In this document: in pieces, positions 1 through 7,721 of the stretch | Layout of the letters: each line of letters starts with the position of its first letter | Position numbering within the stretch: the stretch's first letter is position 1 | DNA from: Okeania sp. | GTDB lineage: Bacteria > Cyanobacteriota > Cyanobacteriia > Cyanobacteriales > Microcoleaceae | DNA length: 32,000 nucleotides | NCBI RefSeq assembly: GCF_035285525.1 | Contig: NZ_JAYKGW010000039.1 | Span: 1 to 32,000 of the forward strand | Direction of reading: 5' to 3' | The notes under the pieces: model-generated | Told to the model about the DNA's origin: nothing | Database searches by the model: none | Seen by the model: only the letters and a program-made list of their open reading frames with translations | Position numbers and translations under genes: made by a program

Positions 1-2
1 AT

Positions 3-560
3 ACTCTTGCAGGTTTAGCAGGTGATGACACCTTGGCAGGAAATGATGATAATGACAGTTTAGTAGGTGGTGAGGGTAATGATTCTATAGATGGTGGTGA
101 CGGCAATGATACCTTTATTGGTGGTCTCGGAGTAGATACCCTATCTGATAGTAGTGGTGATGACTTCTTTGTTTATACCGATTCCTTAGATGGTGGTGGA
201 ACAAGCTTTAATGCAGATGCTACCTCTATTGGTACTGCTATTAGTGCTGGTTTATTTGACCGCATTACTGGTTTTGAAGGCTTAGGTGCAGAAGGTGGAG
301 ATGTTCTGGCATTTTCTAGTGAAATTCTTCCATCTCTAGATAATATTGTCACTAACGTACAAACTGTCGATAATATTTCTGATAATGTTTTATCCGGAAG
401 TCCTGGTTTATTCTTGTATGAAGGAGGAGACAATACTTATCTAATTTATGATGCTGATGGGGACAATACCACAGGTGATAATTCCCAAATTTTAGCAGAA
501 TTAGAAAATGTAAATGGAGTTATTGCTGTGGATCTAAATGATGATTTTACTGTTATTTAA
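3..560 (+). CDS. C-terminal part of an RTX-type (hemolysin-type calcium-binding repeat) protein; the 5' end lies upstream of the window
   Basis: The frame is open from nt 3 (TLAGLAGDDTLAGNDDNDSLVGGEGNDSIDGGDGNDTFIGGLGVDTL...), so the TTG at 33 in the ORF track is not the true start. It contains GGxGxD nonapeptide repeats and ends with TAA at 558-560. Confidence 0.85.
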   Translation, partial: TLAGLAGDDTLAGNDDNDSLVGGEGNDSIDGGDGNDTFIGGLGVDTLSDSSGDDFFVYTDSLDGGGTSFNADATSIGTAISAGLFDRITGFEGLGAEGGDVLAFSSEILPSLDNIVTNVQTVDNISDNVLSGSPGLFLYEGGDNTYLIYDADGDNTTGDNSQILAELENVNGVIAVDLNDDFTVI

Positions 561-561
561 T

Positions 562-613
562 CAGGACTGACGCAAAGAAACCGGGTTTCTGGGTTCGCCT
601 GGCTTTAGTCCTG
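562..613. repeat. Small palindromic element CAGGACT...GAAACCGGGTTTC...AGTCCTG directly after the stop codon; a possible terminator
   Basis: The outer arms CAGGACT (562-568) and AGTCCTG (607-613) enclose an inner hairpin GAAACCGGGTTTC. The same family recurs at 784-888 and, degenerate, at about 4640-4745. Confidence 0.7.
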
Positions 614-783
614 CTAATTACATTACATTGCAAATATATGAGGTACAAATATTAAAGATAAAGTCTTTGTAGTGTAAACATCTTACCTGCCCAAAGTTTA
701 CCTCATATAAAATCCGGTTGAATACTCCTTATATAGTTGTCGGAGATGGGGAGATGGGGAGATTGAAGTGTAGATAAAATTAT

Positions 784-888
784 TAGGACTTACGCATGCG
801 AAACCCGGTTTCTACGACAAATCGTTGTTTTGAGCAGTAATAATCTACCCTCGTACCGGGTTTCTAGGTTCACATGGCTTTAGTCCTG
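784..888. repeat. Longer member of the AGGACT...AGTCCT palindromic repeat family
   Basis: The sequence is TAGGACTTACGCATGCGAAACCCGGTTTCT ... ACCGGGTTTCTAGGTTCACATGGCTTTAGTCCTG. It shares its ends and the CCGGGTTTC core with 562-613. Confidence 0.65.
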
Positions 889-938
889 ATTATGAACATA
901 TACTATATAACCAGATTCTATATAATATAAAATTCGGA

Positions 939-1104
939 TATAGCAGTCGAAGCAAAGGACGCAGACATTTATAAATCTTAAAACCCTTTGAGATTCAACT
1001 GTTCCCTGTTAAGTGTTCCCTTATAGCAGTCCAAGCAAAGGACGCGGACATTTATAAATCTTAAAACCTTTTAATATTCAACTGTTCCCTGTTCCCTGTT
1101 TCCT
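939..1104. repeat. Tandem direct repeat, 2 x 83 bp, upstream of the beta-helix/RTX gene
   Basis: TATAGCAGTCGAAGCAAAGGACGCAGACATTTATAAATCTTAAAACC... starts at 939 and again at 1022 with a few mismatches. Each copy ends in GTTCCCT heptamers. Confidence 0.85.
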
Positions 1105-1217
1105 AGCGCGTAGCGCTATAAAACCCACTAAAATTAATCTGAATTTTTCCTGATCGGAGCCAACTACCAACGTCTAATAGAACAGTAAATTAAGTGAGTT
1201 TTAAAACCAAACAAATT

Positions 1218-3599
1218 ATGACTATAATTACTGTTACTAATCTTAACGACAGTGGAAATGGTTCTCTAAGACAAGCGATCGCTGATGCTAGTTCAGGTGA
1301 TACCATTCAATTTAACGACAGTCTAGGTGGTGGCACTATTAACCTCAATAGTGAACTATTAATTGATAAAAATCTTACTATTGATGGGGATGAAACCAAC
1401 CGAGTCACTATAGATGCACAAGGTAACTCTCGTGTATTTAACATTGATGACGGCACTAGCAGAGATCGGAATGTTATCATTGATGGAGTTATCATCACAG
1501 GTGGAAATGCTTCTGGTCGTGGCCAAAATAAAAAGGGCGGTGGTATATTCACTAATGAAGCACTGACTCTCAGCAATAGCATAGTTACAGGCAACACAGC
1601 ATCAGGTAGTGCAGCTGATGGTGGTGGTATCTATGTCAATGACTTAGGTAGCGCCGATATTGCCAACACTACTATTAGCAATAATACAGCAGGTGATGAT
1701 GGTGGTGGTGTCTTCGGATTTGGTACTGTAAATATTAGTAACTCTACTATCAATAACAACTTAGCAAGTGGAGATACTGCCGATGGTGGTGGTGTTTATA
1801 TCGTTGGTAATACAAATATTTCTAATTCCACTATCAGTGGTAACACAGCCAATGGCGATGGTGGTGGTGTATATGTTAAAGATGGTACACGTCCCGATGC
1901 CACAATCAGCAATGCTACAATTACTAATAACCAAGCACCAGCAGGTAAGGGTAGTGGTTTAGCTGCTTTTGGAAGCAGTAATACTACAACTGTCACTTCT
2001 AGCATTATTGCTGGTAACGTTAACAGTGATGTTGACGACCTAACTGGCGGTAGTAACGCCATCCAAAGTGGAGGCAACAACTTAATTGGCATAGGAAACT
2101 CTTCTGCAAGATTTAATGCTACAGGCGACACAACAGGAAGCACTAACCCTGGTCTAGATATTCTTGCTGACAACGGTGGATTGACTCAAACCCATGCTTT
2201 ACAATCTGGTAGCGCCGCTATTGATGCTGGTAGCAGCTCTGGTCTGACTAATGACCAACGCGGAACAGGTTTCGCTCGCGTTGTTAATGGTGCTGCTGAT
2301 ATTGGTGCTTTTGAGTCTGGCAACTCTACACCTACTCCTACACCAACCCCAGATACTATTATTGGTACTGGAAACAATGATACTATTGAGGGCAATAATC
2401 AGGATAATCGTATTGACGGTCGCGGAGGAGCAGATCAAATCAGTGGCCTCGAAGGTAATGATGAACTGATCGGTGGTAGTGGTAGTGATGATTTGTTCGG
2501 TGATGAAGATGATGACACCCTTGATGGTGGAAATGGTCGCGATCTACTTGAAGGTGGTGATGGTCGAGATAGTCTGCTAGGTGGTAACGGTCGAGACACT
2601 CTCCTAGGTGGTAACGGTAACGACACTCTTGACGGTGGTATTGCTAACGACACTCTTGACGGTGGAGATGGTCGTGATATTTTCGTATTGCGTGCTGGTG
2701 ATGGCAATGACCAGATCGAAAATTTTGAACCAGACACAGATGATTTCTTGTTAGATGGTTTAACTGAAAGTGACGTGATTGTAGTTCAAGATGGTAATGA
2801 TGCTGTTATCCGGGTCGCTGCAACATCAGAAGATTTAGCAACTGTACTAAATACCCAAGCTACAGAAATTGATCTTCCTACTGGTTCTAATGAGATTATT
2901 GGTACTGGAGATAATGATACTATCTCAGGTACTGATGAAGATGACACAATCAGAGGTTTAGGTGGAGAAGATGACATCACTGGTGGCAGTGGTTCAGATC
3001 AATTGTTTGGTGGTACTGGTGACGATAGCTTGGTAGGTGATGAAGGTAATGATACTCTTCAAGGTGAAGATGAAAATGATACCCTCATTGGTGGTGAAGG
3101 TCGAGACAGTCTCCTAGGTGGTAATGGTAACGATCGCTTAGTAGGTAATAGTGGCCGAGACAACCTCATAGGTGGTAATGGTAACGATACTTTGCTAGGT
3201 GGTGGCAGTAATGATACTCTTGACGGTGGTAGTAGTAACGATAGCTTGGTAGGTAATGGTGGCCGAGACAACCTCATAGGTGGTAGTGGTAACGATACTT
3301 TGCTGGGTGGTGGCAGTAATGACACTCTTGACGGTGGTATTGGTGACGATGAACTGACTGGTGGCAGCGGTGCTGACAGTTTTGTATTACGTGCTGGTGA
3401 TGGCTTTGATACTATTTTTGGTTATGAAGATGGAACAGACAACTTCTTGTTAGATGGTGGTCTGACTTTCAGTGACTTAAGTATAATTGCTAGTGGTGGT
3501 GGTACTCTTCTACAGGAGACTGCAACATCAGAAGATTTAGCCTTTTTGGACGGTATTTCTCCTACAACTATTAATTCTAGTGATTTTGTTACTATTTAA
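1218..3599 (+). CDS. Secreted-type right-handed beta-helix protein (CSLREA-like N-terminus, PbH1-like repeats) with two RTX calcium-binding repeat blocks
   Basis: This is the 801-aa ORF; I prefer the ATG at 1218 to the alternative GTG at 1194. The N-terminus reads ITVTNLNDSGNGSLRQAI, followed by repeated GGGIYV/NSTISGNTA beta-helix turns and a PTPTPTP linker. Two blocks of GGxGxD repeats follow, each ending in FVLRAGDGxDxI...TDxFLLDG...ATSEDLA. Confidence 0.9.
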   Translation: MTIITVTNLNDSGNGSLRQAIADASSGDTIQFNDSLGGGTINLNSELLIDKNLTIDGDETNRVTIDAQGNSRVFNIDDGTSRDRNVIIDGVIITGGNASGRGQNKKGGGIFTNEALTLSNSIVTGNTASGSAADGGGIYVNDLGSADIANTTISNNTAGDDGGGVFGFGTVNISNSTINNNLASGDTADGGGVYIVGNTNISNSTISGNTANGDGGGVYVKDGTRPDATISNATITNNQAPAGKGSGLAAFGSSNTTTVTSSIIAGNVNSDVDDLTGGSNAIQSGGNNLIGIGNSSARFNATGDTTGSTNPGLDILADNGGLTQTHALQSGSAAIDAGSSSGLTNDQRGTGFARVVNGAADIGAFESGNSTPTPTPTPDTIIGTGNNDTIEGNNQDNRIDGRGGADQISGLEGNDELIGGSGSDDLFGDEDDDTLDGGNGRDLLEGGDGRDSLLGGNGRDTLLGGNGNDTLDGGIANDTLDGGDGRDIFVLRAGDGNDQIENFEPDTDDFLLDGLTESDVIVVQDGNDAVIRVAATSEDLATVLNTQATEIDLPTGSNEIIGTGDNDTISGTDEDDTIRGLGGEDDITGGSGSDQLFGGTGDDSLVGDEGNDTLQGEDENDTLIGGEGRDSLLGGNGNDRLVGNSGRDNLIGGNGNDTLLGGGSNDTLDGGSSNDSLVGNGGRDNLIGGSGNDTLLGGGSNDTLDGGIGDDELTGGSGADSFVLRAGDGFDTIFGYEDGTDNFLLDGGLTFSDLSIIASGGGTLLQETATSEDLAFLDGISPTTINSSDFVTI

Positions 3600-3643
3600 T
3601 TCAGATTAACCTCTTTTTCCAAGTCTAAGTTAAATTGATTATC

Positions 3644-3679
3644 AAAGCGATCGCTCATTATTAGAGAGCGATCGCTTTT
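3644..3679 (+). terminator. Rho-independent terminator for the RTX gene, built from two HIP1 sites
   Basis: The sequence is AAAGCGATCGCTC-attatta-GAGAGCGATCGCTTTT, a stem of about 11 bp followed by a T run, 45 nt after the stop codon. Confidence 0.7.
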
Positions 3680-3775
3680 ACAGCAGATTCCAACCATAAG
3701 AAGTACAGATATTAATAATTCAACCTATCTAATGCGGGCTTTCCAGCCCGCGTGAGTGTGGTAGAATCTGCTGTA
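3679..3775. mobile_element. MITE-like element with 12-bp terminal inverted repeats TACAGCAGATTC / GAATCTGCTGTA
   Basis: The left arm is 3679-3690 and the right arm 3764-3775, with an internal hairpin GCGGGCTTTCCAGCCCGC. Related elements with TTACAGCA termini lie at 13469-13696 and 13766-13861. Confidence 0.7.
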
Positions 3776-3933
3776 TATTATAACAGAAGGCAGAAGCGGT
3801 GCGACCCCGCGTCGGCGACAGACCCATGAGACCTCGCCATACCTCGATCGCTTTTTGCGCATTCCACTTACATTGAAATTCTCTATTACTGAAGAATACC
3901 GCGTTTTTGCCTAAGCGCAACGTCGGGAGTATG
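3776..3933. other. Locally GC-rich, stem-rich segment of unknown nature (candidate ncRNA or gene remnant)
   Basis: 40 of the 60 nt at 3791-3850 are G or C, in an otherwise AT-rich window. Short stems are visible (GGCGA...TCGCC and GCGG...CCGC on the minus strand). The only ORF covering it (3729..3983) has no recognisable motif. Confidence 0.3.
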
Positions 3934-4350
3934 TCAAAGATAACGTATAATAGCAACTCTGCCATATCTGGGGTCAATTTCAATTCCCATTATTTCTAAA
4001 GTTATTAAAGAAGTAGTAGACTCGACAAAAATAGAGTAATTTGTCGTCGTACCTATTGACAGAGATAAACATTGATTAAAAATTTCTTGCCTATGCTTAA
4101 TAGGCAAAAAATTATGTTCCCCGATTCTTAATGCTGCTTGATTATAAAAAGAAAATTGACCCTGGAAGTTAAGGATACCAGCAGGAGTTGGAAATTCTTC
4201 ACACCACCTTAAGGCTAAAAACCATTTAGCTTCTGAAAGTCTTTGATATTCTCGGTTTGGGTTAGGGTGTTGTAAAACTTTGTATCCCCTTTCACTGGCG
4301 AAAATTGTTCCCCCTAAAAACCCAAACACTATGCCAATGGTATTACCCAT
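3934..4350 (-). CDS. Hypothetical protein (138 aa), no motif recognised
   Basis: The ORF has an ATG start with CAGTTAT heptamer repeats just upstream. I recognise no family signature. Confidence 0.5.
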   Translation of the reverse strand: MGNTIGIVFGFLGGTIFASERGYKVLQHPNPNREYQRLSEAKWFLALRWCEEFPTPAGILNFQGQFSFYNQAALRIGEHNFLPIKHRQEIFNQCLSLSIGTTTNYSIFVESTTSLITLEIMGIEIDPRYGRVAIIRYL

Positions 4351-4394
4351 GTTGAAATAGCTCCATCCATAATGTGAGAGATATTGGGTTTATT

Positions 4395-4417
4395 CAGTTA
4401 TCAGTTATCAGTTATCA
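4395..4417. repeat. STRR-type heptamer repeat (CAGTTAT)x3
   Basis: The sequence CAGTTATCAGTTATCAGTTATCA is read directly. Confidence 0.9.
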
Positions 4418-5226
4418 ATACCTCATAGCTTTTGTCAGAGGCTGGAAATACTGAAATCTATTTTTTTCATCTTTGGTATCTTTGAACAGGATTAAATTTT
4501 TGAGGAATATAGTCTTGTGTAGTAAGAAGGAATACACACAAAAGCAGGAAAAAGATTAAAAATATTCTCTACCTCCCCATTATAAAAAAGTAGATCCTAA
4601 ATGTGTTCTATAGATGCCCCTGAAAAGTAACTTTTTCAGTCATAAGACTTACACAGAAAGAAAACGGGTTGCTCGACGAAATTTCCTATTTTGAAAGTAA
4701 TTTTAGGGCAATAAACCCGATTTCTGATTTAGGGTTGGCTGATTAAATCTAAAAGTATTTGTAGATAAAGGTTTCAGTATTTTTAGGATCGGAAAAAGTG
4801 CAAGTTTTTAGGCGGCTCAGGTTCAGACATCTGAGCATCTGACGTTAACTAGGACAGAAAAATTAAGGAACTATTCTTTCAAATACTTCCTCTATAACTC
4901 CCCTAAATCCTTACTTTTAACTATTTCCTACTTCCTACTCCCTACTCCCTACCTCCACAACAAAGATTTTCCATACCCAAACCCTAGTTAGATGGAACTT
5001 TAATTATTACTAATTAGCACAAACTGAATAATCTTTTTGATAATTATGATCCAGCTAGTGTTAATTATTTTGTAAGCATTTCCTGCGGAATGCTGCACCA
5101 ACAGCTATGAGCTGTCAGCACTCTAAAATGGTTAGAACTTACCTATCATAGATAAGTTTTATAGCTTATGAATATCTTATCGGCTGTTCAGCAAATACCT
5201 AATTATTTTCAGCATATATTTATGAT

Positions 5227-6276
5227 TCATTTCATGGCTTGTTTTCTAATTAAGTTTTGTGTACTTACTAGAGCGCTGTTCAACTCATAATTACGTTGCT
5301 GCGGATTTTTCAGATAAGCTTGTTGTTCTTGCTCTATCATCTCTACATCTTGCTCTACTAAACCATCAAGTAATTTTTGAGCTGAACCAAATAAGCTTTT
5401 TTTAATAAATCGTCTAAACCATTCTGGTAGTTTATGTAAACGGGAGAAGCTATGAAGGGATGTAAAATGGATTAGATACCCTTGAGTTTCTATTTTATTA
5501 ATCGGGCATAAAAGGCAATAAATTTTAAAGTCTTTTCCTAAATTTGAAACCCAATTTGGATAGATATAACTAACATTTAATGGTTCGGGATGAAGTTGTC
5601 GTAAAGCGGGAAATAATAATTGAGATATTGACCAAATTTTGTCAATTTGATAATAGCTTTGAGCGTTATAAAAAGCATCTACTCGGTCGTCATTTGCAGA
5701 TAAATCTATTAATTCTGCTGCTGCCCAAGCTTGCCAATTTTGATGCAAATGTCCGTGGTGCATATCCATTAAATTTTCGATTAAATAAGAATAATGAGCA
5801 CGACATTTTATTACTGAAATTGTGGCAATATAATTAAGATTTTCCCACTCAGGAATTTCTAGGGGAGAAATTAAATCTGCTAATGATTTATCTCCAGGAA
5901 ACACCCAGATCAAACCGTTTAATTCTTGAACTGGAAAAGTCTTAATTTGACAAGTAGGTAATTTTTGATTACTTGCTAAATAAGGTACATAAGAACATTC
6001 TCCACTTGACTTAAAGCGCCATCCGTGGTAAGCACATTCTAATTCATCAGCGATCGCACGACCAGAACTAAGTTTGACGAAACGATGAGGACAAAGATCT
6101 TCGAGAGCGTGGACTTTTCCATTAAGACCCCGGTAAAGAACGATAGGTTGCTGCCAAAGGGTAATGTTTAAAGGTTGAGATTTGAGTTCTATGCTACGAG
6201 CAACAGCATACCAATGGTTTTGGTTAATTCCCAAGTTACGGATATCATGGTAGAAAGTAGTTTGAGGAGAAGACAT
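5227..6276 (-). CDS. Rieske [2Fe-2S] non-heme-iron oxygenase (PAO/Tic55-like aromatic-ring-hydroxylating oxygenase family)
   Basis: The Rieske motif is CPHRFVKLSSGRAIADELECAYHGWRF (CxH-x16-CxxH). The mononuclear-iron motif ENLMDMHHGHLH lies further downstream. The protein is 349 aa. Confidence 0.85.
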   Translation of the reverse strand: MSSPQTTFYHDIRNLGINQNHWYAVARSIELKSQPLNITLWQQPIVLYRGLNGKVHALEDLCPHRFVKLSSGRAIADELECAYHGWRFKSSGECSYVPYLASNQKLPTCQIKTFPVQELNGLIWVFPGDKSLADLISPLEIPEWENLNYIATISVIKCRAHYSYLIENLMDMHHGHLHQNWQAWAAAELIDLSANDDRVDAFYNAQSYYQIDKIWSISQLLFPALRQLHPEPLNVSYIYPNWVSNLGKDFKIYCLLCPINKIETQGYLIHFTSLHSFSRLHKLPEWFRRFIKKSLFGSAQKLLDGLVEQDVEMIEQEQQAYLKNPQQRNYELNSALVSTQNLIRKQAMK

Positions 6277-6281
6277 ATATT

Positions 6282-6319
6282 CAGTTATCAGCTATCAGTT
6301 ATCAGTTATCAGTTATCAG
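6282..6319. repeat. STRR-type heptamer run (CAGTTAT/CAGCTAT, about 5 copies)
   Basis: CAGTTATCAGCTATCAGTTATCAGTTATCAGTTATCAG lies directly upstream of the oxygenase start codon. Confidence 0.9.
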
Positions 6320-6876
6320 TTTTTAGTTATCAGCGAAACTTAACTTAGTCAGGACTTAGGCCAAGGTACTAGATATAGAGTTAAAAAACGAGACCCCTCT
6401 AGTTTTGAGCGCTATATATATGGTCTGGTGCGTTAGTCCTGTTAGTCATCTTCCAGATAACTTTAGCTATTAACCAAAAATTTTAATCCTTGGCCTGATC
6501 AGTTTTTAGTTATCAGCGAAACTTAACTTAGTCAGGACTTAGGCAAAGGTACTACATATAGAGTTAAAAAACTATAGCGCTATAGTTTTGAGCGCTATAT
6601 ATATGGTCTGGTGCGTTAGTCCTATTAGTCATCTTCCATATGACTTTAGCTATTAACCAAGAATTTTAATCCTTTATCAGTTATCAGTTTTTAGTTATCA
6701 GCAAAATATTAACTTAGTCAGGACTTAGGGAAAGGTACTAGATATAGATTTAAAAAACTATAGCGCTATAGTTTTGAGCGCTATATATATGGTCTGGTGC
6801 GTTAGTTATCAGCAAAATATTAACTTAGTCATCTGAAAGATGACTTTAGCTATTAGTCAAGGATTTTAATCCTTGG
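6317..6876. repeat. Tandem array of three composite units of about 183-190 bp in the divergent intergenic region
   Basis: The anchor CAGTTTTTAGTTATCAGC(G/A)AAA recurs at 6317, 6500 and 6685. Each unit carries TCAGGACTTAGG, the 20-bp perfect palindrome AAACTATAGCGCTATAGTTT (units 2 and 3), an AGTCATCT...AGATGACT hairpin and AAGGATTTTAATCCTT. A partial fourth copy lies at 6988-7040 and a related copy at 29221-29290. Confidence 0.85.
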
Positions 6877-7185
6877 CGGTTCTTGGCGCTAAAGTCATCC
6901 CCCAACTCCGCCAAGAAATAAATTTCTACAGCGAGCAACAGAAGTCATCTCAAGATGACTAAAAGCACAAGATAATATATAAACCAACAGTTATCTGGAA
7001 AATAACTTTAGCTATTAGCCAAGGATTTTAATCCTTAGCCAAAAAACTCATATCAGTTATAAGTTATAACCATAAGAAATCAATCATTGGTGATACCATT
7101 TCTCAATGAAGTTGCGCTTAATAAAAGGTAACAGTTCTTGAAAAATTAAGGTCTGGGTAAGAATTATTAAGCGCATTGTTATAGA

Positions 7186-7275
7186 GAAATGATATGAGAA
7201 AAAACTGTAGGGGTTTGGTCTCCAAACCCAGACAAAAAGGGATTTGGAAACCAAACCATTACCATCAAATCTTAC
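7186..7275. mobile_element. Member of the GAAATGAT...GTAGGGGTTTGGTCTCCAAACCC repeat family
   Basis: The sequence GAAATGATATGAGAAAAAACTGTAGGGGTTTGGTCTCCAAACCC...AAATCTTAC belongs to the same family as 13192-13302, 13320-13432, 29057-29180 and 29281-29350. Confidence 0.7.
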
Positions 7276-7721
7276 TGAAAAATTAAGGTATAAAGCCTCT
7301 CCATTGATGGAGAAAAAGCGGTCAAGAGATGGCGAGGTTTCCTCCTCATATTCAATCTACCAAGAAAAGAAAAAAATTCCTTTTAGTCAATCCTCGTTTT
7401 TATAATAAGAGGCAATTATTAATAATTAGGGCTTGCGTATGGAAATATGAAAAGATTAATATATAAAGATTTTAGCCTTTTTATGTCTGAAAAAAGTACC
7501 TGTTTTTCATCTTTTCATAGTCAAAAAGTTGGTATTTTAGGCGAGATCAGCAAAGAAAATCAAGGGACGATTCCATACTACTATCTCCTCTATAATTCCT
7601 ACTTATTCTGGATTGCAGGATTGCTGGATTCTGACTCCTATCCTTAACAAAAAGACTTTTACGGTTCCCGATAAATCAGCAAACCCTAATTAATTTAGTA
7701 TTTTTATAGGAAAATTTAACA

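Noticed and set aside
1307-3325. There are multiple ORFs antisense to or out of frame with the RTX gene (1307..1597, 1768..1962, 1796..2173, 2186..2395, 2199..2438, 2251..2469, 2435..2737, 2786..2980, 3059..3325). The 173..433 ORF lies likewise inside the first RTX gene.
   Set aside because: These are by-products of the GGT/GAT/AAT-rich repeat coding sequence. Their translations are low-complexity (PPS/RVS/LLP strings) and they lie wholly inside a well-supported gene.
3797-3803. A GTGCGAC motif on the plus strand resembles a group II intron 5' end (GUGYG).
   Set aside because: No reverse transcriptase or maturase ORF is present. No domain V/VI-like sequence is recognisable downstream, and the adjacent ORF is on the opposite strand. 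A 5-7 nt match is expected by chance.
3729-3983. An 84-aa minus-strand ORF covers the GC-rich island.
   Set aside because: It has no recognisable motif, overlaps the end of the 3934..4350 ORF and runs into a MITE hairpin. I treat it as non-coding or as a possible frameshifted tail, not as a gene.
5580-5837. ORFs lie antisense within larger genes (5580..5837, 8449..8754, 12497..12739, 20713..20907, 24196..24420, 27034..27228, 29597..29845, 18112..18315, 22347..22562).
   Set aside because: Each lies inside or against a longer motif-supported gene or a repeat array, and each has a low-complexity or hydrophobic junk translation.
7447-7647. A 66-aa ORF lies upstream of the kinase gene.
   Set aside because: It has no motif, and its sequence runs through repeat-like AT-rich DNA (CTCCTCTATAATTCCTAC..., GGATTGCAGGATTGCTGGATT). 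It has no convincing ribosome-binding context.
7660-7679. A 20-nt exact inverted match links TACGGTTCCCGATAAATCAG (43-62 nt upstream of the kinase start) to 28122-28141.
   Set aside because: The flanks show no further similarity, and the second copy lies downstream of a gene rather than in a promoter. It is probably a fragment of another dispersed repeat, and one pair is insufficient to call it a regulatory site.
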